From Pyrinomonadaceae bacterium (lineage in GTDB: Bacteria > Acidobacteriota > Blastocatellia > Pyrinomonadales > Pyrinomonadaceae): a DNA stretch of 50,487 nt. The stretch is taken from assembly GCA_043772175.1 (NCBI GenBank), contig JAYVGL010000167.1:1-50487 (forward strand). Direction: 5' to 3'. Shown in pieces: positions 16,405 to 25,063 of this stretch. The notes beneath the pieces are model-generated. The model ran no database searches, was not told the DNA's origin, and saw only the letters and a list, made by a program, of their open reading frames with translations. The first letter of the stretch is position 1. The number at the start of each line of letters is the position of its first letter. Made by a program: the position numbers and the translations under genes.

Positions 16405-16711
16405 ATGTCTTTCTATACCTTCATTATGGATTACAAAGGCGGAACTTATATTTCGCAAGTCAACTCACCTTCACTCGAAACAGCCTGCGCGGATTGGGCG
16501 AGTAATTTAAAAGTTTCGGAGATAGATGACTTCGGGGGAAATCAGCAGAAAGCAACTCATTGAGCAGATGAAAGATGAAAAACCCGTTTTGCTTAGTGGA
16601 TTAGTAAACGCTTGGTGCAATTCGGCAATTCTTCGCAAAGGAACGGCTTTAATCAATATTATTCAAACAGTTGACTTGCCCGACAACGAACAATCAAGAA
16701 CCGACAACTAA
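16405..16711 (+). pseudogene. small conserved-looking ORF split by a +1 frameshift in a G5 run
   Basis: ATG 16405 reads MSFYTFIMDYKGGTYISQV...EIDDFGG and stops at 16561. Frame +1 continues with EISRKQLIEQMKDEKPVLLSGLVNAWCNSAILRKGTALINIIQT to 16711. Removing one G of 16534-16538 joins the two parts. Confidence 0.55.
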
Positions 16712-16719
16712 CAAAAACA

Positions 16720-17523
16720 ATGTATCCAGAAATTTTCCGCATCGGCAGTTTTCCGATAAACACTTACGGCGTTTTGCTGGCAATCGGCTTGATGCTGGCG
16801 TTGTTTGCGGCTTCAAAATTGGCGGCGCGAGACGGTCTGCCGACTGAGCGGATTTACGATTTGGGTTTGTGGACGATTATCGGCGGGTTGGTCGGGTCGA
16901 AGATTTTGATGTTTTTCACCGAAGATAACGTCAATATCTTTTCGATGGATTTTCTGCGTTCGGGCGGCGTTTACTATGGCGGATTTTTGGGTGGATTTGT
17001 CGCGCTAATCTTTTTAATCAGATTTTATAAGCTGCCTTTCTGGAAAGTCGCCGATGCGTTCGCGCCGGGTGTCGCTTTGGGGCAATTCTTCGGGCGGCAA
17101 GGCTGTTTTTCGGCGGGCTGCTGTTGGGGCAAACCGACGAATCTGCCGTGGGGCGTGCATTTTACCGAAGCCGGACACGAAAACACGGGCGTTCCGATTT
17201 TCGACGCGGCGGGCGGCGCACTCCATCTGCACCCGACGCAGCTTTACGAATCGTTTGCAATGCTTGTCGTTTTCGCCGTGTTATTTTACCTGCACCGGCA
17301 CAAACGATTTGACGGGCAAATTCTCATCGGCTATATGATTCTGTATCCGATAGTGCGTTTTACCATCGAATTTTTCCGCGACGATCCGCGCGGCGATTTA
17401 TTCGGATTGACGACTTTGACGGGACTTTCGACTTCGCAGACCATCAGTTTATTGGTCGCTTTCGGCGCGGTTTGTTTTATGATTTATCGCCTGCGGATTG
17501 CTAAACCTGTCGAAGCGGTATAA
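16720..17523 (+). CDS. lgt: prolipoprotein diacylglyceryl transferase
   Basis: Polytopic membrane protein with HPTQLYES and the G-R-x-G loop (GRQGCFSAGCCWG), characteristic of Lgt. Confidence 0.92.
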   Translation: MYPEIFRIGSFPINTYGVLLAIGLMLALFAASKLAARDGLPTERIYDLGLWTIIGGLVGSKILMFFTEDNVNIFSMDFLRSGGVYYGGFLGGFVALIFLIRFYKLPFWKVADAFAPGVALGQFFGRQGCFSAGCCWGKPTNLPWGVHFTEAGHENTGVPIFDAAGGALHLHPTQLYESFAMLVVFAVLFYLHRHKRFDGQILIGYMILYPIVRFTIEFFRDDPRGDLFGLTTLTGLSTSQTISLLVAFGAVCFMIYRLRIAKPVEAV

Positions 17524-17530
17524 TATTTCT

Positions 17531-17613
17531 GCCCACGAAATACACGAAACAGACGAAAAAGAAAATCAAATTCTCTTGACATTATTTTCGTTTGTTTCGT
17601 GTATTTCATGGGT
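17531..17613. repeat. second copy of the GCCCACGAAATACACGAA palindromic element
   Basis: GCCCACGAAATACACGAAACAGACGAAAA (17531-17559) pairs with 17585-17613 (26/29). It starts 8 nt after the lgt stop. Confidence 0.85.
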
Positions 17614-17624
17614 GATAAAATTCT

Positions 17625-18584
17625 ATGAGTGAAGATAATTCAAATCTCAATTTTCAAATCAAAACGGAAGATGCCGGGAAGCGTTTCGACGCTTTTCTAT
17701 CGGAGAAAATCGAAAATCGGTCGCGTTCAAAACTGCAAAAACTGATTGATGACGGCGACGCGACGGTTAATCAAGAGACGGTCAAATCGTCTTACAAAGT
17801 CCGCCTCGGCGACGAAATCGAAGTCGAATTAGCCGAACTTACGGCGAAAAATTTTGCGCCGGAAGACATTGCGCTCGAAATAATTTACGAAGACGAATTT
17901 TTAGCTGTCATCAACAAACCGTCGGGAATGGTCGTGCATCCGGGTGCGGGCATCTCCAACGGAACACTCGCCAACGCCATCGCGCATCACTTTAAATTAC
18001 AGGCGGGCAATTCCAAATACGAAAACCGCGTCGGCATCGTTCACCGGCTCGACAAAGACACTTCGGGTTTGCTGGTCGTGGCGAAAACCGATGAAATGCA
18101 CGAAAAATTGAGCGAACAGTTTCGGGAACGCCAAGTATTTAAAAGTTACGTCGCACTCGTTCACGGCGCAATCGAGGCGAACGAAGGAACGATTGACCAG
18201 CCGATTGCGCGGGAAAAACACAATCGGACGAAGATGGCGATTCGGTCGCACGGGCGCAACGCTTTGAGTTTGTGGAAGGTTCGCAGAAAATTTGAAAAAT
18301 TCACACTGCTCAACGTCGAAATCAAAACCGGCAGAACGCACCAGATTCGCGTTCATTTAATGTCAATCAATCATCCGGTGGTCGGCGATGAAACTTACAA
18401 CGCCGGACGCGATAAAACCGTCAAGGATTTGACCGTGCGGCAGGCGATTGCGGATTTGAACCGATTTTTTCTCCACGCCGAACGCCTGAGTTTCACACAT
18501 CCGAACACTTCGGAACGGCTGGACTTTTATCAGCCGATGCCGCCGGAATTAACCGATTTACTTGCTGCGATCAAGAATTTGTAA
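17625..18584 (+). CDS. rluD: RluA-family 23S rRNA pseudouridine synthase (RluD-like)
   Basis: N-terminal S4 domain and catalytic motif HRLDKDTSGLLVVAKT. Confidence 0.9.
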   Translation: MSEDNSNLNFQIKTEDAGKRFDAFLSEKIENRSRSKLQKLIDDGDATVNQETVKSSYKVRLGDEIEVELAELTAKNFAPEDIALEIIYEDEFLAVINKPSGMVVHPGAGISNGTLANAIAHHFKLQAGNSKYENRVGIVHRLDKDTSGLLVVAKTDEMHEKLSEQFRERQVFKSYVALVHGAIEANEGTIDQPIAREKHNRTKMAIRSHGRNALSLWKVRRKFEKFTLLNVEIKTGRTHQIRVHLMSINHPVVGDETYNAGRDKTVKDLTVRQAIADLNRFFLHAERLSFTHPNTSERLDFYQPMPPELTDLLAAIKNL

Positions 18585-18650
18585 TTTATCGCGCACTGAT
18601 TCATAATGCGTTTGCTTTAGTTTTTCAAATCAAATGCACCACTCTAATCA

Positions 18651-19271
18651 ATGGAAAAAGAAAATCGCGTCGGCGGATTTCATATCTTTCTGCTCTTCAG
18701 TTTGCTGCTCGTTTTAGTCTGGTCGGCGATCAAACCGCACGACTATTTCACCTGGTTTTTGGAAGTTTTGCCCGCGCTGCTCGCCGTCGCCATCTTCGCT
18801 TTCACCTTCAAAAAATTCCGCTTTACCAATCTCATTTACGCCGTCGTCTGGTTTCACTGCATCGTTCTAATTGTCGGCGGGAAATACACTTACGCGGAAG
18901 TTCCTCTATTCGATTATTTTAAGGAAGTTTTCGGTTTGGCGCGGAACAACTACGATAAAGTCGGACATTTTATGCAGGGATTTTCGCCCGCTTCGATTGC
19001 GCGGGAAGTATTTATCCGCAAGGAAATCGTCAACGGCAAATGGTGGACGTATTTTATGGCGGTCGCCGTCCCATTGGCGTTTTCGGCGTTTTACGAATTC
19101 GTCGAATGGTGGATTTCGCTCGCGTCGGGCAGCGCGGGCGATTCGTTTCTCGGCACACAAGGCTACATTTGGGACACGCAAACCGATATGTTTATGTGTT
19201 TTGTCGGTTCGATTCTGTCGCTGTTTTTATTGAGCGGCCGGCAGAACAAGCAGATGAAGAATGTAAATTAA
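18651..19271 (+). CDS. DUF2238 (YjdF-like) membrane protein
   Basis: KPHDYFTWFLEVLPALL ... NNYDKVGHFMQGF is typical of DUF2238. Confidence 0.8.
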   Translation: MEKENRVGGFHIFLLFSLLLVLVWSAIKPHDYFTWFLEVLPALLAVAIFAFTFKKFRFTNLIYAVVWFHCIVLIVGGKYTYAEVPLFDYFKEVFGLARNNYDKVGHFMQGFSPASIAREVFIRKEIVNGKWWTYFMAVAVPLAFSAFYEFVEWWISLASGSAGDSFLGTQGYIWDTQTDMFMCFVGSILSLFLLSGRQNKQMKNVN

Positions 19272-19402
19272 AATGTTCCGGCAAACAGCGTTTGAATTGA
19301 GAGATGCCGCGCGTTTTCAACACCGGCATTTTCTTGTATGCTGTTATTTTGTTATCAGAAATTTATATTGTGCATTTTTTTAATTAATAAAACGGAGAAT
19401 TT

Positions 19403-21349
19403 ATGAGCGAAGAAGTTGTGATGCCGCAGATGGGCGAATCAATTACCGAAGGAACGGTTTCCAAATGGCTGAAAGCCGTCGGCGATAAAGTCGAAAAAGA
19501 CGAAAATATACTAGAGATTTCGACCGATAAGGTTGACGCGGAAGTGCCGTCGCCGATTGCCGGAATTTTATTGGAAATTCGCGCTCAGGAAGGCGAAACG
19601 GTCGAAGTCGGTGTTGCCGTCGGCATCGTCGGCGAAGAAGGCGAACAACCGGCGGGCGGCGGCGGGCAGTCGTCGAACGGCAATCAGTCTGCGCCGCCGA
19701 AAGTCGAGGAAATTCAGGCGGTTACCGCCGAACTCGAAGAAACGAAAGCTACGCCGGTTGCCGAACAAATCAAAGCGGTCGAAGATGTCGCTGAAACGTC
19801 TGCGCCGTCCGTCAATTCGACCGACGCGGCGAACGCGGAAGAAGTCGTAATGCCGCAGATGGGCGAGTCAATTACCGAGGGAACGGTTTCCAAATGGTTG
19901 AAAGCGGTTGGCGATGCGGTTGAAAAAGACGAGCCTTTATTAGAAATCTCGACCGACAAAGTTGATGCGGAAGTGCCGTCGCCGATTGCCGGAACGCTGC
20001 TCGAAATTCGCGTCAATGAAGGCGAAACGGTCGAAGTCGGCGCGATTGTCGGTTTGGTCGGCAGTTCGGTCGGCGGTCAGCAGATAGCGAACGGCAGTCA
20101 GCATTCGGCGGTCGCGCAAAAACAGGGGGTCGAGCAAACCGCGCAGGCGACGGGCGCGGAGACTGCGCCGCCGGAGACGGCAAAATCAGCCGCTGCCGCC
20201 GCCGGAAATGTTCAGGAAACCGAAGGCAGAAGTTACGATTATCAGCGTCCCGACGCGGTTGAAGACGTGCAGAAATCTTCCAACGGGCAAACGGCGACTA
20301 GCGGACAAGCGGCGACCAACGGGAAATCGAACGGCGAGATGTCGCTCGAAGATTTGCGGAAAACGAAATCTTCGCCGCTGGTTCGCAACATCGCCAAGGA
20401 ACATAGTGTTGATATTTCGCGCATCGAAGGTTCGGGAATGAGCGGGCGCGTCACGAAAAAAGATATTCTGAATTTCATCGAATCGGGCGCGGCAATTCGT
20501 CCGCAGGATTTGCTGGCGAACGTCGGAACGGCGAAAGCGTTCATCGCGCCGTCCGTCCCGCAGACAACGCCGCAATCTGCGCCGCAAATGCAAACACAAA
20601 CCGCGCCGAAAACCGCTTTTACTGCACCGCAAGTTGCATCGGCGGTCGGCGACAGAATCGAACCGATGTCGGTGATGCGAAAGAAAATCGCCGAACATAT
20701 GATTTTCTCTAAACAGACTTCGGCGCACGTCGCCAGCGTTTACGAAATTGATATGACGAACGTAACGAAGTTCCGCAATAAAAACAAAGTGGAGTTTCAG
20801 AATCGTTACGGCACGAAGCTGTCATATATGCCGTTTATTTTTCAAGCGGTAACGAACGCCCTGCGAAAGTTCCCGATAGTCAACTCGCAGATTTCGGGCG
20901 AGCAGATTATTTACAAAGGCGATGTCAATTTAGGAATAGCGGTCGCGCTCGACTGGGGCTTGATTGTGCCGGTCATCAAACGCGCCGATACGCTTTCCTT
21001 GAGTGGTTTAGCTTTGACGGCGAACGACTTAGCCGACCGTGCGCGAACGAAAAAGCTGATGCCGGACGAAGTTTCCGGCGGAACTTTTACGATTACGAAT
21101 CCGGGCGTTTTCGGGGGACTTTTCGGAACGCCGATCATCAATCAGCCGCAGGTCGCTATTTTATGTGTCGGGACGATTGAAAAACGTCCGAAAGTCATCA
21201 CCACTGTCGAAGGTGATGATGTGGTTGCGATTCGTTCGATGGCGTATTTCGCTTTGACGTATGACCACCGCGTCGTTGACGGCGCGGATGCCGAAAAATT
21301 TCTTTCTTTTATGAAGGAGTATCTCGAAACGACGCAGTTTAATTTTTAA
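19403..21349 (+). CDS. dihydrolipoamide acyltransferase (E2 of a 2-oxo acid dehydrogenase complex) with two lipoyl domains
   Basis: Two lipoyl domains (EISTDKVDAEVPSP, twice), a peripheral subunit-binding domain (SPLVRNIAKEHSVDISRIEGSGMSGRVTKKD) and the catalytic motif DHRVVDG. Confidence 0.92.
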   Translation: MSEEVVMPQMGESITEGTVSKWLKAVGDKVEKDENILEISTDKVDAEVPSPIAGILLEIRAQEGETVEVGVAVGIVGEEGEQPAGGGGQSSNGNQSAPPKVEEIQAVTAELEETKATPVAEQIKAVEDVAETSAPSVNSTDAANAEEVVMPQMGESITEGTVSKWLKAVGDAVEKDEPLLEISTDKVDAEVPSPIAGTLLEIRVNEGETVEVGAIVGLVGSSVGGQQIANGSQHSAVAQKQGVEQTAQATGAETAPPETAKSAAAAAGNVQETEGRSYDYQRPDAVEDVQKSSNGQTATSGQAATNGKSNGEMSLEDLRKTKSSPLVRNIAKEHSVDISRIEGSGMSGRVTKKDILNFIESGAAIRPQDLLANVGTAKAFIAPSVPQTTPQSAPQMQTQTAPKTAFTAPQVASAVGDRIEPMSVMRKKIAEHMIFSKQTSAHVASVYEIDMTNVTKFRNKNKVEFQNRYGTKLSYMPFIFQAVTNALRKFPIVNSQISGEQIIYKGDVNLGIAVALDWGLIVPVIKRADTLSLSGLALTANDLADRARTKKLMPDEVSGGTFTITNPGVFGGLFGTPIINQPQVAILCVGTIEKRPKVITTVEGDDVVAIRSMAYFALTYDHRVVDGADAEKFLSFMKEYLETTQFNF

Positions 21350-21371
21350 GCAAACGGCTTTTGAATCGAAT

Positions 21372-21400
21372 GCGGACAGTTTTGTAGAAAGACTGTCCGC
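21372..21400 (+). terminator. possible terminator hairpin after the E2 gene
   Basis: GCGGACAGT (21372-21380) pairs with ACTGTCCGC (21392-21400). No T-run follows, so the call is weak. Confidence 0.4.
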
Positions 21401-21729
21401 AAAGAAAACGCTTTGTCGTCCAAAATCATTTACGGCTAACACTTCAAATTTTATTTTTCCTAATTAACCTCAAACATAACGAGCTTTAGCTGAAGCGCAG
21501 CGTTGCGAATCTGATCTGCGGCACAATTATTGAGTGTGAAGACTTCTATTGAAAATCTGATTAAAAGTGTGCGATTATTCAACAGTGATGAAAACGTGAG
21601 TTTTGCTATCATCATCGAAATCAATTGAGACTGATAGTTAAGACAACTTTTTCGACAACCCCTTCAGTTTGAAAAACGTCAAAAATCAGCGGTATAAATC
21701 CAATTTTAATTGCAAGGAGTCAAAAATAT

Positions 21730-22710
21730 ATGTTGAAAAAATTACCGGCAATGGTGTTTGCGTTGTTGTTAGGCGCAACCGGCATCTTGGCACAGGATGC
21801 TCAAACCCGCAGTTTGACCAGCGGACAAAAATACAAAATTAAAGGCGTAGTGGTTTCTAAGGACGACAACAGTTTCACGGTTCGTGACACGGTCGGCGTG
21901 GACACCAACGTCGTGCTGAGTTCCAACACCAGCATCAAAACTAAAGGCGGATTTTTCGGCGGCGGCGACGCGGTGGCGACTAACGGCATCGTGCGCGGTT
22001 TGAATTTGGAAGTTGAAGGACGCGGCGACGGTGCGGGTGCTTTGGCGGCAACGAAAGTTCGTTTCGGCAAAGACGATTTCCGCGTCGCACAGTCAATTGA
22101 CAGCCGCGTATCACCGGCGGAAGAACGCCTAACGCAATCCGAACAAAACGCCCAGCGCGTTTCGGGACAGATTGACGAACTGATGGCTATTTCCAATGCG
22201 GCTCGCGGCGGCGCAAAAGCGGCGCAGGATATGGCGGACGCGGCAATCGCGGGCGTTAACGCGACCAACCAGAGAATTTCGTCGCTCGACGATTACGTTG
22301 TTCAGTCAACCTCGACGGTGAATTTCAAGGTGAGCAGCGCGGTTTTGTCCGATGAAGCGAAGGCTAATTTGGATCAAGTGGCGCAGACGGCGATGACGAT
22401 GAAGGGTTACACTATCGAAATCACCGGTTTTGCTTCGTCCGACGGCGATGTCGAGAAAAACAAAACATTGAGCCAACGCCGCGCTCAAGCTGTGATTGAC
22501 TATTTGGTTGAAACGCACAATGTTCCGCTTCGTCGAATCGGAACGTCCTACGGTTTTGGTGAACTTCAAGCGGTTGCCGATAATACGACTCTTGAAGGAC
22601 GCAATCAAAATCGCCGCGTCGAAGTAAAATTGCTGGCGAGTCGCGGTATGAACCAGAACGTGGAAGTCAGAAAAGATTCGACTACTGAACCGACCACCAA
22701 CGACCAGTAA
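21730..22710 (+). CDS. exported OmpA-family protein
   Basis: AAGGAG ribosome-binding site and a signal peptide. C-terminal OmpA domain: ITGFASSDGDVEKNKTLSQRRAQAV ... NRRVEVKL. Confidence 0.88.
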   Translation: MLKKLPAMVFALLLGATGILAQDAQTRSLTSGQKYKIKGVVVSKDDNSFTVRDTVGVDTNVVLSSNTSIKTKGGFFGGGDAVATNGIVRGLNLEVEGRGDGAGALAATKVRFGKDDFRVAQSIDSRVSPAEERLTQSEQNAQRVSGQIDELMAISNAARGGAKAAQDMADAAIAGVNATNQRISSLDDYVVQSTSTVNFKVSSAVLSDEAKANLDQVAQTAMTMKGYTIEITGFASSDGDVEKNKTLSQRRAQAVIDYLVETHNVPLRRIGTSYGFGELQAVADNTTLEGRNQNRRVEVKLLASRGMNQNVEVRKDSTTEPTTNDQ

Positions 22711-22740
22711 TCGTTCTAATTTTTTGCAGAGTTAAAGTAA

Positions 22741-22790
22741 GAGGGCAAGTTGATGTGAAACAAGTGGTTTTCACATCCTGCCCTCTTTTT
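22741..22790 (+). terminator. rho-independent terminator
   Basis: GAGGGCA (22741-22747) pairs with TGCCCTC (22779-22785), and GATGTGAAA (22752-22760) with TTTCACATC (22769-22777). TTTTT follows. Confidence 0.8.
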
Positions 22791-22854
22791 CAGATAGTTT
22801 TTAATTATCAACAATCTGCGCGGCAGAAACGCGCAGTCATTCCGAGGTGAACCC

Positions 22855-23961
22855 GTGAAATTAAAATTTGCCGCTTTTATTCTTGCCGCGTGTTGGTGTT
22901 TTTCGATTTCCGGCTTCGCGCAAACCGTGCCGCCGACACCGCCGGTGGTTGAAGACGACGGCGAAGTGATTAAAATTGATTCGCGGCTGGTCGTCGTGCC
23001 GATTTCGGTAACGGACGCGAGCGGGCAAGCGGTCGGCGGATTAAAAACGGAGGATTTTCGTATTTCCGAGGACGGTAAAACGCAGGAAATCTCGCAGGTT
23101 TCCGCCGCCGAAAAAGTTCCGCTCGAAATCATTCTGCTGTTCGATGTTTCGGCAAGCACCGATTCGATGTTCAAATTTGAGCAGGAAACCGCCGCGCAGT
23201 TTTTGAAAGACGTGATGCGTCACGACGACCGGGCGACGATTATTACCGTCGGCGCGGAAGAACGCATTATTCAGGCACGCGGTTCAGCCGAAGAAGCGGC
23301 AATCGCCGTCAAATCAATCCAGCCGACGAAAGAGCAAACCGCCTTTTACGATGCGGTCAGAATCGCCGCCGATTATCTGCAAAAAAACGCGCCCGTCGGC
23401 AGGCGCAAAGTGATCGTCGTCATTTCCGACGGTGAAGATACGAACAGCGACGGCGTTTTGAAAGCGATTTGGAACGCGGAAAGAAAAATCGTTGACGGAA
23501 CTTTGAGCGGTGAAAAATTGCGCTTCCTGCGCGTTCGGTCGCGTGATGAGGCGAAAGCCAAAGAACAAAACAAAGTTCTTCGCTCGCTGCAAAACGCCGA
23601 CACGGTTTTTTATGCGATCAATCCGGCGGGTAGTTCCTATCAGCTGAACAAAATGAGTATGTTCGGGCAGTCGAACCTGCAGAAGTTTGCCGACGAAACC
23701 GGCGGCACGGCTTTTCTGCCGAAGTTTCAGCCGATTGACACGAAAGACAAAATGCAGAATTCCTCGAACACGCGGCGCAATCAGGAAACTCTGACGCGAA
23801 TTTTTAAGCAGCTGACTAATGAATTACAAGCGCAGTACCTCGTGCAGTATTATTCGACGGGAAATTTTCCGACGAACCAATATGTCAAACTCAATGTCGG
23901 TCTGACGACTCTGCAGAAGTTTCGCCTGCGGGCGCGACAGGGTTATTTTGTGAAAAAGTAG
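22855..23961 (+). CDS. exported VWA-domain protein (acidobacterial VWFA-related type)
   Basis: GAGGTG ribosome-binding site with a GTG start, then a signal peptide. N-terminal module IKIDSRLVVVPISVTDASGQAVGGLKTEDFRISEDGKTQEI. VWA motifs LLFDVSAS and VISDGEDT. Confidence 0.85.
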   Translation: MKLKFAAFILAACWCFSISGFAQTVPPTPPVVEDDGEVIKIDSRLVVVPISVTDASGQAVGGLKTEDFRISEDGKTQEISQVSAAEKVPLEIILLFDVSASTDSMFKFEQETAAQFLKDVMRHDDRATIITVGAEERIIQARGSAEEAAIAVKSIQPTKEQTAFYDAVRIAADYLQKNAPVGRRKVIVVISDGEDTNSDGVLKAIWNAERKIVDGTLSGEKLRFLRVRSRDEAKAKEQNKVLRSLQNADTVFYAINPAGSSYQLNKMSMFGQSNLQKFADETGGTAFLPKFQPIDTKDKMQNSSNTRRNQETLTRIFKQLTNELQAQYLVQYYSTGNFPTNQYVKLNVGLTTLQKFRLRARQGYFVKK

Positions 23962-23981
23962 GATTTGAACTCGAAAATGAA

Positions 23982-24013
23982 AAGCCGCCGGTGAATTTAT
24001 CGGCGGCTTCTTT
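23982..24013 (+). terminator. probable terminator hairpin
   Basis: AAGCCGCCG (23982-23990) pairs with CGGCGGCTT (24001-24009), followed by CTTTG. Confidence 0.6.
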
Positions 24014-24114
24014 GTAAACGAAAGTCAGTTGGAACAAGCAAAGTAACAGCAAGCCGGTGAAACTGTTCACTATCCACCATTAACTATGCACTATCAAACA
24101 CAATATCTTTCCGT

Positions 24115-24142
24115 TTGACAGTGAACGATTGACAGTTAATAT
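24115..24142 (+). promoter_or_regulatory. near-consensus sigma-70-type promoter candidate with no sense-strand gene downstream
   Basis: TTGACA (24115-24120), a 16-nt spacer, then TAATAT (24137-24142). It points into the 3' end of the minus-strand gene 24234..24767. Confidence 0.3.
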
Positions 24143-24233
24143 CAAACAGTTTAGATGTTTGCCGAATGTTCGGAAACGATAATTCACTCGGATTTATTAA
24201 CCCGAACTAAGGTCAAACGATGTCGAACGGCGT

Positions 24234-24767
24234 TCAATTTTTCCCCGCAGCAATTTTTCCCAGGATCATTTCGGACGAAGGCGAAGGTTTCGGCGTTGAT
24301 TTCGGAGTCGGCGAGGGAGCCGCCATCCCGCCCATCATCGGGTAATACTTTTCCGGTGTCGGCGTTGGTGTCGGCTTGTAAACCGCCGTCCCGCCCATCG
24401 CCGTTTCCTCGCTTGATTGACTGAACATCGCCGCCAACCCCAAACCGCTGATTAAACTGAACACCAGCGAAGCGAAAGCCGCCGCCTTAACCGACACGCG
24501 TCTTTTAATCGCCTGCCAGCCGACCGGACAATCCTGCGTCAAAACCGTTCCGTCCTCGCGCTTGAAAAATCTGACGCACAAACGACCTTCCGCGTTCATA
24601 ATCAAGTTTTCGGCTTCCGGGCGCGACATTCCCGACAGATTATAGACGTTCAGTTTGCATTCGCCGCAGTATCGCCGGCGTTCCGTGCCGATCATCGCGT
24701 CCCAATCCTGCGAACACGGACTGGCGATTTTCAAATTTTCCAATGGATTCGTATATTTCGTGGTCAT
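24234..24767 (-). CDS. membrane protein with an N-terminal Cys-rich (zinc-ribbon-like) domain and a Pro/Thr-rich tail
   Basis: GGAG ribosome-binding site. SPCSQDWDAM...RRYCGECKLNVYNLSGMSRPEAENL, then one TM helix (AAAFASLVFSLISGLGLAAMF), then a PTPTPTPE...PSPTPKSTPKPSPS tail. Confidence 0.7.
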   Translation of the reverse strand: MTTKYTNPLENLKIASPCSQDWDAMIGTERRRYCGECKLNVYNLSGMSRPEAENLIMNAEGRLCVRFFKREDGTVLTQDCPVGWQAIKRRVSVKAAAFASLVFSLISGLGLAAMFSQSSEETAMGGTAVYKPTPTPTPEKYYPMMGGMAAPSPTPKSTPKPSPSSEMILGKIAAGKN

Positions 24768-24879
24768 AGAAAAACTCCGTTCGATTTTAATTCGGCGTGT
24801 GCCTTGTCGAAATGAACGGAGCGCGAAAATTTTTCTTGCAGGGATTTTTCGCGTTCTGGAAAATAAATCGGAACTCTTC

Positions 24880-25047
24880 CAAGCCGTCCGCCCGAATCAT
24901 CAAACCATCTGCGCGAATCATCAAACCGTTTTCACGGAACGCCAAACCGTTTGCGCGAATAATCCGAAGCGTTGCACGAAGCGTCAAACCGTTTGCACGG
25001 ATAATCTGCGCCATAGCACGAAGCGTCAAACCGTCCGCACGAATTGC
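24880..25047. repeat. eight tandem 21-bp units, consensus about CAAACCGTTTGCACGAATAAT
   Basis: Units start at 24880, 24901, 24922, 24943, 24964, 24985, 25006 and 25027. The array fills the gap between the DUF4112 stop (25064) and the next gene's start (24767). Confidence 0.9.
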
Positions 25048-25063
25048 CTGACCGAAATCATCT

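Noticed and set aside
24880-25047. The tandem arrays here and at 38951..39170 might be CRISPR arrays.
   Set aside because: The units are contiguous with no unique spacers, only 21-22 bp long, and degenerate. No cas genes are present in the window.
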